From positions 1-60,872 of the forward strand of contig DASSSH010000180.1 in the NCBI GenBank assembly GCA_035708525.1: DNA of 60,872 nt, read 5' to 3'. The first letter of the stretch is position 1. Each line of letters begins with the position of its first letter. Origin of the DNA: Candidatus Methylomirabilota bacterium. GTDB lineage: Bacteria; Methylomirabilota; Methylomirabilia; Rokubacteriales; CSP1-6. The notes under the pieces were generated by a model. It made no database searches. It worked only from the letters and a program-made list of their open reading frames with translations, and was not told the origin of the DNA. This document shows, one piece after another, positions 51,147 to 59,742 of the stretch. A program made the translations under genes and the position numbers.

Positions 51147-51624
51147 GGAGGCCGAGCGCCTGGCCTCAGCCTGGCGCCGCGCCGGCAAGCGGATCGTGCT
51201 GGCCAACGGCTGCTTCGACCTGCTCCATGTCGGGCACGTACGGTACCTCCGGGCGGCGCGCGCGCTGGGAGACGCCCTCGTGGTCGGGCTGAACTCCGAT
51301 GCGTCGGTGACGCGCCTCAAGGGAGCCGGCCGGCCAGTGATGCCTGTGGCCGAGAGGGCCGAGATCGTCGGCGCTCTGGCGGCAGTGGACGCGGTGGTCG
51401 TCTTCGACGAGGACACCGCCGACGCGCTCATCGCGCGGCTGCGGCCGGACGTTCACGCCAAGGGCACCGACTACACCGCCGACGACGTGCCCGAGCGTAA
51501 CGCGGTGCTGGCGGCGGGGGGCCGCGTGGCGATCGCCGGGGACCCAAAGGATCATTCCAGCAGGGATCTCATCGCCACGATCGTCGAGCGCTTCCTGGCC
51601 CGGGATAACAGCGGACAACATTGA
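51124..51624 (+). CDS. hldC: D-glycero-beta-D-manno-heptose-1-phosphate adenylyltransferase (stand-alone RfaE domain II)
   Basis: 166 aa with the cytidylyltransferase-type motif [15 protein letters not shown]. Confidence 0.88.
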   Translation: MAALVSLEEAERLASAWRRAGKRIVLANGCFDLLHVGHVRYLRAARALGDALVVGLNSDASVTRLKGAGRPVMPVAERAEIVGALAAVDAVVVFDEDTADALIARLRPDVHAKGTDYTADDVPERNAVLAAGGRVAIAGDPKDHSSRDLIATIVERFLARDNSGQH

Positions 51625-52643
51625 AGATCGCCATCGTCAAGCTCTCGTCCCTCGGCGACGTCGTCCACGCGCTGCCGGTGGCCCGCGCCCTGCGCCAGGG
51701 GCTTCCGCAGGCTCAGCTCACGTGGATCGTCGAGGCGCGCGAGTACGCCATCCTGCGGGACCACCCCGACCTCGACGCCGTCGTGCCGGTGGATACGCGG
51801 CTCTGGCGGCGGCTCATCTGGCGGCCCGCCGGGGCGCGCCAGGTGTGGGAAAAGCTCGGGCGGCTGCAGACCCGCATCCGCGCGACGCGCTTCGACGTCG
51901 CGCTGGACCTGCAGGGGCTCATCAAGAGCGGGGTCCTGACGGCCTACACGGGCGCGCCGTTGCGCATCGGGTTCGGCCCGGGCCGGGCGCGCGAGCGGCT
52001 GAGCGCGCTGTTCACCAACCGCCACGTCACGCCGCCCGCGACCGCCGTTCACGTGGTGGAGCAGTACCTGTCCCTTCTGGCGCCGTTGGGCGTGGCCGCC
52101 GGAGCGCCCGAGTTCCATGTGCCGGTCCGCCCCGAAACCGAGCGGCGGATGGAGGAGTTCCTGGGAGAGCGAGGGGTGAAGCGCCAGGACCTGCTCGTGG
52201 CGATCAACCCGGGGGCAGGTCGCGAAAGCAAGCGCTGGCCGGTCTCCCACTTTCGGACACTCGCCGCTCGGCTGGCCAGCGAGCCCGGGGTGCAGCTGCT
52301 GCTGCTCTGGGGCCCGGACGAAGTGCACATGGCGCGCCAGATCGGTGAGGGGCTGCCGGTGAAGGCGATCCTGGCGCCGCCCACCGACCTCGATGAGCTC
52401 GCCTCGCTGCTCCGTCGCTGCGCGCTCATGATCGCCAACGACACCGGCCCCCTGCATCTGGCCGCCGCGCTGGGGACGCCCGCCCTGGGTCTCTTCGGCC
52501 CCACCCGCGCCGAGCGCAACGGCCCCTACGGGTCCCATTGCCGCGGGCTGCAGAGCCCGGACGGCACCATGGCAGCCCTCGACCCAGCCCTCGCGTTCGA
52601 GGCGGCCCGGGATCTGCTCGAGCGCCAGGCGAGGCGGGGATGA
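51621..52643 (+). CDS. waaC: ADP-heptose:LPS heptosyltransferase I-like (GT9)
   Basis: The TTG start in a TTGA overlap gives (M)[35 protein letters not shown] is the GT9 motif. Confidence 0.82.
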   Translation: MKIAIVKLSSLGDVVHALPVARALRQGLPQAQLTWIVEAREYAILRDHPDLDAVVPVDTRLWRRLIWRPAGARQVWEKLGRLQTRIRATRFDVALDLQGLIKSGVLTAYTGAPLRIGFGPGRARERLSALFTNRHVTPPATAVHVVEQYLSLLAPLGVAAGAPEFHVPVRPETERRMEEFLGERGVKRQDLLVAINPGAGRESKRWPVSHFRTLAARLASEPGVQLLLLWGPDEVHMARQIGEGLPVKAILAPPTDLDELASLLRRCALMIANDTGPLHLAAALGTPALGLFGPTRAERNGPYGSHCRGLQSPDGTMAALDPALAFEAARDLLERQARRG

Positions 52644-53407
52644 GCCGGCTCTCGGTCGCGATCATCGCCTGGAACGAGGAGGAGCGCCTGCGGGCGTGTC
52701 TGGAGAGCGTGGCGTGGGCCGACGAGATCGTCGTCGTGGACGCCGAGTCCACGGACAAGACGGTGTCGCTGGCGCGAGAGTTCACCGACAAGGTCTACGT
52801 CCGTCCCTGGCCCGGCTTCGCCGTCCAGAAGAACTTCGCCCTCGAGCACACCGCCGGCGACTGGGTCCTCTCGCTGGACGCCGACGAGCGGGTGACCCCG
52901 GAGCTCCGGCAGCGGATCGAAGCCATCGTGAAGGCCGGCGGGCCGGCCGACGGCTACTCCGTTCCGCGGCGCAACATCTTCTGGGGCGCCTGGGTGCGAC
53001 ACGGTGGCCTGTATCCCGACTATCAGCTGCGGCTGTTCCGCCGCGGGGCGGGGCGCTTCGTCGACGATGCGGTGCACGAGTCGGTCCACGTCCAGGGGCG
53101 GGTGGACACCCTCACGGAGCCGCTGCTCCACCACTCCTACCGCGACCTGGAGGACTTCGTCCGCCGCTCCAACCGCTACTCGACGCTCTCGGCCCGGGAC
53201 TGGGTGCGGCGCGGCCGGCCGGCGCGGCTGCGGGACCTGATCGTGCGGCCCCTCGGCCGGTTCGTTTCGATGTACATTCTGCAGCGGGGCTTCCTCGACG
53301 GCTGGCGCGGCTTCGTGCTGGCCGTCCTGTATGCTGAGTACGTGTTCCTGCGCATGGCCAAGGTGTGGGAGGCCAGCCGCGCCGGGAGCGGGCGGGAGAC
53401 GGGATAG
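52640..53407 (+). CDS. Glycosyltransferase family 2 (LPS core, WaaE/KdtX-like)
   Basis: The N-terminus is LSVAIIAWNEEERLRACLESV. VVVDAESTDKT and a DxD motif in LSLDADE are present. Confidence 0.82.
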   Translation: MSRLSVAIIAWNEEERLRACLESVAWADEIVVVDAESTDKTVSLAREFTDKVYVRPWPGFAVQKNFALEHTAGDWVLSLDADERVTPELRQRIEAIVKAGGPADGYSVPRRNIFWGAWVRHGGLYPDYQLRLFRRGAGRFVDDAVHESVHVQGRVDTLTEPLLHHSYRDLEDFVRRSNRYSTLSARDWVRRGRPARLRDLIVRPLGRFVSMYILQRGFLDGWRGFVLAVLYAEYVFLRMAKVWEASRAGSGRETG

Positions 53408-53412
53408 GACCC

Positions 53413-54405
53413 ATGGCGACGACTCGCGAGCGGGTGCTGTCGGGCATGCGCCCGACGGGCAAGCTGCACCTGGGCAATTATCTGGGCGCGCTCGATAACT
53501 GGGTGCGGCTGCAATCCGACTACGACTGCTTCTTCTTCGTGGCCAACTGGCATGCGCTGACCACGGACGCCCACAACAGCGCCGAGGCGCCGGAGAACAC
53601 CATCGAGATGGCCGTGGATTGGCTCGGCGCCGGCCTGGATCCCGAGCGCTCCACCCTGTTCATCCAGTCGCTGGTGCCCGAGCACGCGGAGCTGCATCTG
53701 ATCTTTTCCATGGTCACGCCGCTCGGCTGGCTGGAGCGCGTCCCCACGTACAAGGAAATGGTGGAGCAGCTCGGTCTGGAGTCGCCGTCCTACGGGCTGC
53801 TGGGCTACCCGCTGCTGCAGGCCGCGGACATCCTCATGTACAAGCCGCGCTGGGTGCCGGTGGGCGTGGATCAGGTGCCCCACGTGGAGCTTACCCGTGA
53901 GGTCGCCCGGCGCTTCAACAACACCTGGAAGCCGGTGTTTCCCGAGCCCGATGCCATGCTGACCCAGATCCCCAAGGTGCCGGGGACCGACGGGCGCAAG
54001 ATGTCCAAGTCCTACGGCAACGCGATCTTTCTCGCGGATTCCCCGGAGGAGATCACGGCCAAGGTCAAGCCGATGGTGACCGATCCGGCCCGCAAGCGGC
54101 GCTCGGATCCAGGCAATCCCGACATCTGCCCCGTCTTCGACCTGCACCGGATCTTCACGCCGGACGGTGACCGCGAATTCTGCGCCACCGGCTGCCGGAC
54201 AGCCGGAATCGGCTGCCTCGACTGCAAGGGCGTGCTGCTCAAACACCTGCTGCCGCCGCTCGGCCAGATCCGTGAGCGTCGCCAGCGGTTCGCCGAGAGG
54301 CCCGCCCAGGTGGTGGAGATACTGCACGAGGGATCGAAGCGGGCGCGGAGGTTCGCCACGCAGACCATGGAGGAAGTCCGCGCCGTGCTGAAGCTGGAGC
54401 CATGA
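53413..54405 (+). CDS. trpS: Tryptophan--tRNA ligase
   Basis: The HIGH-type motif is GKLHLGNYLG and the KMSKS motif is RKMSKSYGN. Confidence 0.95.
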   Translation: MATTRERVLSGMRPTGKLHLGNYLGALDNWVRLQSDYDCFFFVANWHALTTDAHNSAEAPENTIEMAVDWLGAGLDPERSTLFIQSLVPEHAELHLIFSMVTPLGWLERVPTYKEMVEQLGLESPSYGLLGYPLLQAADILMYKPRWVPVGVDQVPHVELTREVARRFNNTWKPVFPEPDAMLTQIPKVPGTDGRKMSKSYGNAIFLADSPEEITAKVKPMVTDPARKRRSDPGNPDICPVFDLHRIFTPDGDREFCATGCRTAGIGCLDCKGVLLKHLLPPLGQIRERRQRFAERPAQVVEILHEGSKRARRFATQTMEEVRAVLKLEP

Positions 54406-55214
54406 CCGACGCCGCGACCGCCACCGCTGGCGAGCAGCCCGGTCTCACGGTCCGCGTCGAATCCTTCGTCGGTCCGCTGGATCTCCTGCTCCATCTCTGC
54501 CGCACCAACGAGATGGATCTCTCCCGGCTGTCGGTGCGGACCATCACCGACCAGTACCTGGCCCATCTGGAGGCGGTGCGCTTCCAGGATCTGGAGACGG
54601 CGGGCGCCTTCATGGTGATGGCCGCGACCCTCATCTACCTCAAGTCGAAGCTCCTGCTGCCAGCGGGCCCCGAGGAGGCCGAGGAGGCGCTCGACGAGGA
54701 GGGGCTCCTGCTCAAGCAGGAGCTGGAGCAGCGACTCAAGGAGTACGCCCGCATCAAGGCGCTGGGGGCCTGGCTCGGCGAGCGGGAGTCCGAGCAGGCG
54801 CTGCTCTTCGGGCGGACGGTGGCCGAGCTGCCGCCGGCCGAGGACATCCCGCTGGAGGACCTCTCGGTCCATCTGCTCCAGCGCGCGCTGCAGCGGCTCA
54901 TCGACGAGCAGAAGCGCCAGGCGCCGCGGGACGTCGAGCCGAACCCGCTCTCGATCCTGGAGCGGATGAACGAGATTCTCGAGCTGCTGCGCCACACCTG
55001 GTCGCTGCTCTTCTCCTCCGTGGCCGGCGCCGACCGCATCCGCGGCGAGTGGGTGGTGACGCTGCTGGCCCTGCTCGAGCTGGTGCGACTCGGCCAGGCG
55101 CGGGCGCGACAGGCCGACCTGTTCGGCGAGATCGTGATCGAGAAGCACGCGGTGAGCGTGAGGGAGCCGGGGCCCCAGGACCCGCAGGCGCAGGGGGAGC
55201 CAGCGAATGACTGA
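54402..55214 (+). CDS. scpA: Segregation and condensation protein A (kleisin)
   Basis: FVGPLDLLLHLCRTNEMDL... and YLKSKLLLP, with typical ScpA length and position. Confidence 0.9.
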   Translation: MTDAATATAGEQPGLTVRVESFVGPLDLLLHLCRTNEMDLSRLSVRTITDQYLAHLEAVRFQDLETAGAFMVMAATLIYLKSKLLLPAGPEEAEEALDEEGLLLKQELEQRLKEYARIKALGAWLGERESEQALLFGRTVAELPPAEDIPLEDLSVHLLQRALQRLIDEQKRQAPRDVEPNPLSILERMNEILELLRHTWSLLFSSVAGADRIRGEWVVTLLALLELVRLGQARARQADLFGEIVIEKHAVSVREPGPQDPQAQGEPAND

Positions 55215-55848
55215 GCCCATCGACGTGGTGGAAGCCCTGCTCTTCGCCTCCGATTCGCCGGTGGAGGCGGAGCGCATCCAGGAGGTCCTCGAGCTGCCGT
55301 CGACCGCCGCGGCCCGCGACCTGGTCGGCCGGCTGCGTGAGCGGCTGGAGGGCGAGGGGCGGGCCCTGCAGGTGATCGAGGTGGGCGGGGGGTTCCGCAT
55401 GGTGACGCGGCCGGAGCTGGCGCCCTGGCTCGTCAAGCTCGCCCGCAGCCGCACGCGCTCGCGCCTGTCGCGTCCCGCGCTGGAGACGCTGGCCATCATC
55501 GGCTATCGCCAGCCGGTCTCGCGGCCCGAGGTCGACGCCATCCGCGGCGTGAACTCCGAGGCGGTGCTCGACAACCTGCTCGACCGGCGGATGATCCGCA
55601 TCGCCGGCCGCAAGGAGTCTCCGGGCCGACCGTTCCTCTACGAGACCACGCGGGAGTTCCTCGTCGCCTTCGGGCTGCGCGATCTGGCCGACCTGCCCAG
55701 GGTGGACGGCGAGCTGATCGTGCCCGAGCCCATTTCCGCGGGCGGCGCCGAGGGCGCGGAGTCCGGCGCCGGGGAGGTCACTGCTGCCGCCGATTCGCCT
55801 CAGCAAGATCCTGGCGCAGGCGGGCCTGGCGTCGCGCCGCGGGGCTGA
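55207..55848 (+). CDS. scpB: Segregation and condensation protein B
   Basis: VEALLFASDSPV..., ALETLAIIGYRQPVSRPEVDAIRGV and GRPFLYETTREFL. The Gly/Ala-rich C-terminal tail overlaps the rluB 5' end. Confidence 0.9.
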   Translation: MTEPIDVVEALLFASDSPVEAERIQEVLELPSTAAARDLVGRLRERLEGEGRALQVIEVGGGFRMVTRPELAPWLVKLARSRTRSRLSRPALETLAIIGYRQPVSRPEVDAIRGVNSEAVLDNLLDRRMIRIAGRKESPGRPFLYETTREFLVAFGLRDLADLPRVDGELIVPEPISAGGAEGAESGAGEVTAAADSPQQDPGAGGPGVAPRG

Positions 55849-56509
55849 AGCCCTCCTCGCGGCCGGCCGGGTCACCGTCAACGGCCGCGTTCGGCTCGAG
55901 CCGGGCGCCCAAGCCGACCCCGAGACCGACGTCATCGCCCTGGACGGGCGGCGGCTGCCGCGCGCCGCGCCCCGCCACTATTTCCTCCTCCACAAGCCGC
56001 GCGGTTATGTGAGCAGCCGGAGCGACCCCGCCGGCCGCCCCGTCGTGGTGGATCTGCTACCGCCCGAGGCGGGGAGGCTCTATCCCGTGGGACGGCTCGA
56101 TTACGACGCCGAAGGGCTGCTCCTGCTCACCAACGACGGCGAGCTGAGCAACCGGATGCTGCATCCACGCTTCGAGATCCCGCGAGTCTACGAGGTCGAG
56201 GTCGCCGGTGTCGTGGCGGCCGGGCAGCTCCTGCGCTGGCGGCGGGGTGCGATGCTGCCCGACGGGCCCGCGGTGCCGCGCGAGGTGCGACTCCTGCGCC
56301 GCGGCGCGCGCAGCACGTGGCTCAGCCTGACCTTCGCCGAGGGGCGCTACCGCGAGGTGAAGCGGTACTGCCTGGCGCTGGGTCACACCGTGCTGCGGCT
56401 GCGTCGGGTGCGGTTCGGGCCCCTGAGACTTGACGATCTGCCGGTCGGACGCTGTCGCCCGCTCACCCGGGCCGAGCTCGCCCGATTGAACGACTTGCGC
56501 GGGTCGTGA
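55784..56509 (+). CDS. rluB: Pseudouridine synthase RluB/RsuA family (S4 domain plus catalytic domain); the start codon is non-canonical (CTG 55784 or ATT 55793)
   Basis: The S4 domain RLSKILAQAGLASRRGAEALLAAGRVTVNGRV is encoded at 55796 onward. The catalytic motif is VGRLDYDAEGLLLLTNDG. The first ATG/GTG/TTG in frame is GTG 56009, downstream of the S4 domain. GGAGG at 55773-55777 lies 6 nt before CTG 55784. Confidence 0.75.
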   Translation: MPPIRLSKILAQAGLASRRGAEALLAAGRVTVNGRVRLEPGAQADPETDVIALDGRRLPRAAPRHYFLLHKPRGYVSSRSDPAGRPVVVDLLPPEAGRLYPVGRLDYDAEGLLLLTNDGELSNRMLHPRFEIPRVYEVEVAGVVAAGQLLRWRRGAMLPDGPAVPREVRLLRRGARSTWLSLTFAEGRYREVKRYCLALGHTVLRLRRVRFGPLRLDDLPVGRCRPLTRAELARLNDLRGS

Positions 56510-56523
56510 GTTTCTCCTATACT
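56495..56523 (+). promoter_or_regulatory. Candidate promoter TTGCGC-N17-TATACT upstream of pheA
   Basis: The -35 lies at 56495-56500, inside the rluB 3' end, and the -10 at 56518-56523. An AGGAG Shine-Dalgarno precedes ATG 56562. Confidence 0.35.
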
Positions 56524-56561
56524 CGCTGGGATTAGGCGACCGATGCGCTTCAGGAGCTTCT

Positions 56562-57623
56562 ATGAACCTGGACGATTGGCGATCCAGGATCAATAACCTC
56601 GACGAGCAGATCCTCAACCTCCTCAACCAGCGCGGTAGCGCCGCCCTCCAGATCGGCGAGCTCAAGAGGCAGAAGGACCTCCCGTACTTCGTCCCCGAGC
56701 GCGAGGCCCAGATCCTCGAGCGCCTCGTCGCGCTGAACTCCGGACCGCTGAGCGCCGAGGCCGTGCGGGCGATCTGGCGGGAGATCCTCTCGGCCTCGCT
56801 GGCGCTGGAGCACCCGCTGCCGGTCGCCTACTTCGGGCCGCCGGGGACCAACACCCACGCCGCCGCGATGCGCCGGTTCGGGTCATCGATCCGCTTCGTG
56901 GCGGTGCGGAGCATCGCCGAGGTCTTCGACGAGGTCGAGCGCGGGCGTGCCGCTTTCGGCGTGGTGCCGGTCGAGAACTCCACGGAAGGCGCGGTCAATG
57001 TCACGCTGGACCGGCTGATCGACGCGGAGGTGTACATCACGGGCGAGGTGACGCTCGACATCACCCACTATCTGCTCTCCCGCGCCACCGACCTGGGCGA
57101 GATCAAGGTCGTCTGCTCGCACCCGCAGGCCCTGGCCCAGTGCCGGCAGTGGCTCAACGCCAACCTGCCCGACGTCAAGCCCGAGGAGGTATCGTCGACG
57201 TCCGCGGCGGCCGAGCGCGCGCGGGACGACGCCACGGTCGCGGCCATCGCCTCGGAGCTGGCGGCGCGGATGTACGACGTGCCCGTGCTGAGGCCGCGGA
57301 TCGAGGACAACCCCTCCAACTCGACCCGCTTCCTCGTGATCGGCCGGCAGCCGGCCCCGCCCACGGGGCGGGACAAGACCTCCATCCTCTTCTCCATGAA
57401 GAACGAGCCGGGCGTGCTCTATAGCATCCTGCAGCCTTTCGCCGCGCGCCGGCTGAACCTGACCAAGATCGAATCGCGACCGACCAAGCGGCGGCCCTGG
57501 GAGTACGTCAACTTCGTCGATTTCGAGGGCCACCGCGATACCGAGGATGTCCGGGCCGTTCTTGGCGAGGTCAAAGAGCGGTGCCAGTTTCTCAAGATCC
57601 TCGGGTCGTACCCGGCCGCCTAG
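56562..57623 (+). CDS. pheA: Bifunctional chorismate mutase / prephenate dehydratase (P-protein)
   Basis: An N-terminal CM_2 domain (IDEQILNLLNQR) is followed by a PDT domain and a C-terminal ACT domain (IESRPTKRRPWEYVNFVDFEGH). Confidence 0.93.
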   Translation: MNLDDWRSRINNLDEQILNLLNQRGSAALQIGELKRQKDLPYFVPEREAQILERLVALNSGPLSAEAVRAIWREILSASLALEHPLPVAYFGPPGTNTHAAAMRRFGSSIRFVAVRSIAEVFDEVERGRAAFGVVPVENSTEGAVNVTLDRLIDAEVYITGEVTLDITHYLLSRATDLGEIKVVCSHPQALAQCRQWLNANLPDVKPEEVSSTSAAAERARDDATVAAIASELAARMYDVPVLRPRIEDNPSNSTRFLVIGRQPAPPTGRDKTSILFSMKNEPGVLYSILQPFAARRLNLTKIESRPTKRRPWEYVNFVDFEGHRDTEDVRAVLGEVKERCQFLKILGSYPAA

Positions 57624-57781
57624 CAGCATGCTGAAACACTCGCAGGCCGATCAAAAAGGTCCAGATGCAAGGCGGCGAGGGAGGCCGCTGCCCGAGGCGT
57701 ACTCTCTGTACGTTGAGGGCGGCGGCGATCGAGCCAACGACGCAGATGGGCCTTTCCGAGCGGCCTGCTAAGGAGCCCCGC

Positions 57782-58897
57782 ATGCCAGTCCCCTGGGAAT
57801 CGCTCGCCAACGACCACATCCTCGGCATCGCGCCTTACGAGCCCGGGAAGCCGATCGAAGAGCTGGAGCGCGAGTTCGGGCTGACGGACGTCATCAAGCT
57901 CGCGTCCAACGAGAACCCGCTGCCCCCGTCCGAGCGGGTGCTCAAGGCCATCACGCAGGCCCTCCCGCACCTCAACCGCTACCCCGACGGCAGCGCCTAC
58001 TATCTGCGCCAGGCCCTGGCCCGGCGGCACGGCGTCACGGGCGACCAGGTCATTCTCGGCAACGGCTCCAACGACCTCATCGAGCTCGTGGTGCGGGGCT
58101 TCCTGCGCGCGGGGGAGGAGGCCGTCATCCCCCATCCCTCCTTCGTGGTCTACCCGATGGCGGTCCAGGCGGCGGGCGGCATCCGCGTCGTGGTCACGCT
58201 GAAGGATCACCGGCTGGATCTGGAGGCGATGGCGCGGGCCATCACCCCCATGACCAAGCTGGTGTTCATCGCGAATCCGAACAACCCCACGGCGACCATC
58301 GTCACGGCCCACGAGGTCGAGGAGTTCATGTCGCGGGTCCCGGACAAGGTGATCGTGGTCTTCGACGAGGCTTACGTGGAGTTCGCCCAGGGACCCGACT
58401 TCCCCGATTCCTTCACGTACATGAAGCAGGGGCGGAAGGTCGTGATCCTGCGCACCTTTTCCAAGGCGGCCAGCCTGGCGGGGCTCCGGGTGGGCTACGG
58501 CGTGGCCGACGCCGACTGTGTGGCGCTGCTCAACCGGATCCGTGCCCCCTTCAACGTCAACTCGCTGGCCCAGGTCGCCGCGCTGGCCGCGCTCGAGGAC
58601 GACTCGCATATCCTGGAGTGCCTGCGGATGATCGAGGCGGGCCGCCATTTCCTCTGTGACGAGTTCAACTCGCTGGGACTCAAGTACGCCCCCTCGCGCG
58701 CCAACTTCATCCTGGTCGACGTGGGCAAGAACGCCTCCGATGTCTTCCAGCGGCTGCTCAAGGAAGGCGTCATCGTCCGGCCCATGACCAGCTTCGGCAT
58801 GGAAAGCGCCTTGCGCGTCACCATCGGCACCCCGGAAGAGAATCGCCGGTTCGTCAAGGCCCTCAAGAAGGTCCTGGCCGAGGGCAGGGGCGCGTGA
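57782..58897 (+). CDS. hisC: Histidinol-phosphate/aromatic aminotransferase (class II PLP)
   Basis: An AAGGAG Shine-Dalgarno precedes ATG 57782. The protein has LASNENPLPP and the PLP lysine in RTFSKAASLAGLRVGY. Confidence 0.9.
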   Translation: MPVPWESLANDHILGIAPYEPGKPIEELEREFGLTDVIKLASNENPLPPSERVLKAITQALPHLNRYPDGSAYYLRQALARRHGVTGDQVILGNGSNDLIELVVRGFLRAGEEAVIPHPSFVVYPMAVQAAGGIRVVVTLKDHRLDLEAMARAITPMTKLVFIANPNNPTATIVTAHEVEEFMSRVPDKVIVVFDEAYVEFAQGPDFPDSFTYMKQGRKVVILRTFSKAASLAGLRVGYGVADADCVALLNRIRAPFNVNSLAQVAALAALEDDSHILECLRMIEAGRHFLCDEFNSLGLKYAPSRANFILVDVGKNASDVFQRLLKEGVIVRPMTSFGMESALRVTIGTPEENRRFVKALKKVLAEGRGA

Positions 58898-59742
58898 TCC
58901 GACGGCTCTGCATCGTCGGGCTCGGCCTCCTCGGAGGCTCGATCGCCAAGGCCGCGCGGGCGGAGGGGCTGGCGGAGGAGATCGTGGCGGTGGGCCGGCG
59001 TCTGGAGAGCCTGGAGCCGGCCCGACGCGACGGCGTCGTGGACCGGATCACGGTCGATGTCGCCGAAGGAGTCAGCGAGGCGGACTTTTGCGTCCTCGCC
59101 GCGCCGGTTGCCACGGTGACGGCGCTGCTGCCCGTCGTCTGGCCCGCCCTGCCGCCGGACGCCGCGCTCACGGACGTCGGCAGCACCAAGGCGGCAATCG
59201 TCGCGACCGCCGAAGACCTCGATCGCTCGAGGCCCCGGCACTTCGTCGGCAGCCATCCCATGGCTGGCTCCGAGCAAAGTGGCTACGCGATCTCACGGGC
59301 CGACCTCTTCCGGGGAGCGCTGGTGATCCTGACGCCGACCGAGCGCTCCGACCCGCAAGCCGTCAAGCGGGTGAGCGAATTCTGGGAGGCCGTGGGCGGC
59401 CGGGTGACCACCATGGATCCCGCCAGCCATGACCGCGCGGTGGCGGCGATCAGCCACTTGCCGCACTTGGTCGCCGATGCGCTGGTGGACGGCGTACTCC
59501 GGATGGACCCGCATTTCCTCGACGTGGCGGCCCGCGGCTTCAAGGACACCACGCGGATCGCCGCCTCCAATGCGAGGGTCTGGCAGCAGATCTTCCAGGA
59601 AAACCGTGGAGCGCTCGTCGAGGCGCTGGGGGCGTTCCGCCAGGCGCTTGATCATCTGGAGCGGCTGATCGCTTCGGGGGATGCCGCGGCGGTGGAGCGC
59701 GAGCTGGACCGCATCCGGCGCGAGCGGGAGCGGCTGTCGTGA
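58894..59742 (+). CDS. tyrA: Prephenate dehydrogenase
   Basis: GTG start in a GTGA overlap. The Rossmann motif is IVGLGLLGGS, followed by GSHPMAGSE. Confidence 0.9.
   Translation: MIRRLCIVGLGLLGGSIAKAARAEGLAEEIVAVGRRLESLEPARRDGVVDRITVDVAEGVSEADFCVLAAPVATVTALLPVVWPALPPDAALTDVGSTKAAIVATAEDLDRSRPRHFVGSHPMAGSEQSGYAISRADLFRGALVILTPTERSDPQAVKRVSEFWEAVGGRVTTMDPASHDRAVAAISHLPHLVADALVDGVLRMDPHFLDVAARGFKDTTRIAASNARVWQQIFQENRGALVEALGAFRQALDHLERLIASGDAAAVERELDRIRRERERLS

Noticed and set aside
57628-57771. 47-codon ORF in the pheA-hisC spacer ([47 protein letters not shown])
   Set aside because: It has low GC3 relative to neighbouring genes, no SD, and low-complexity charged sequence. I treat it as non-coding spacer.
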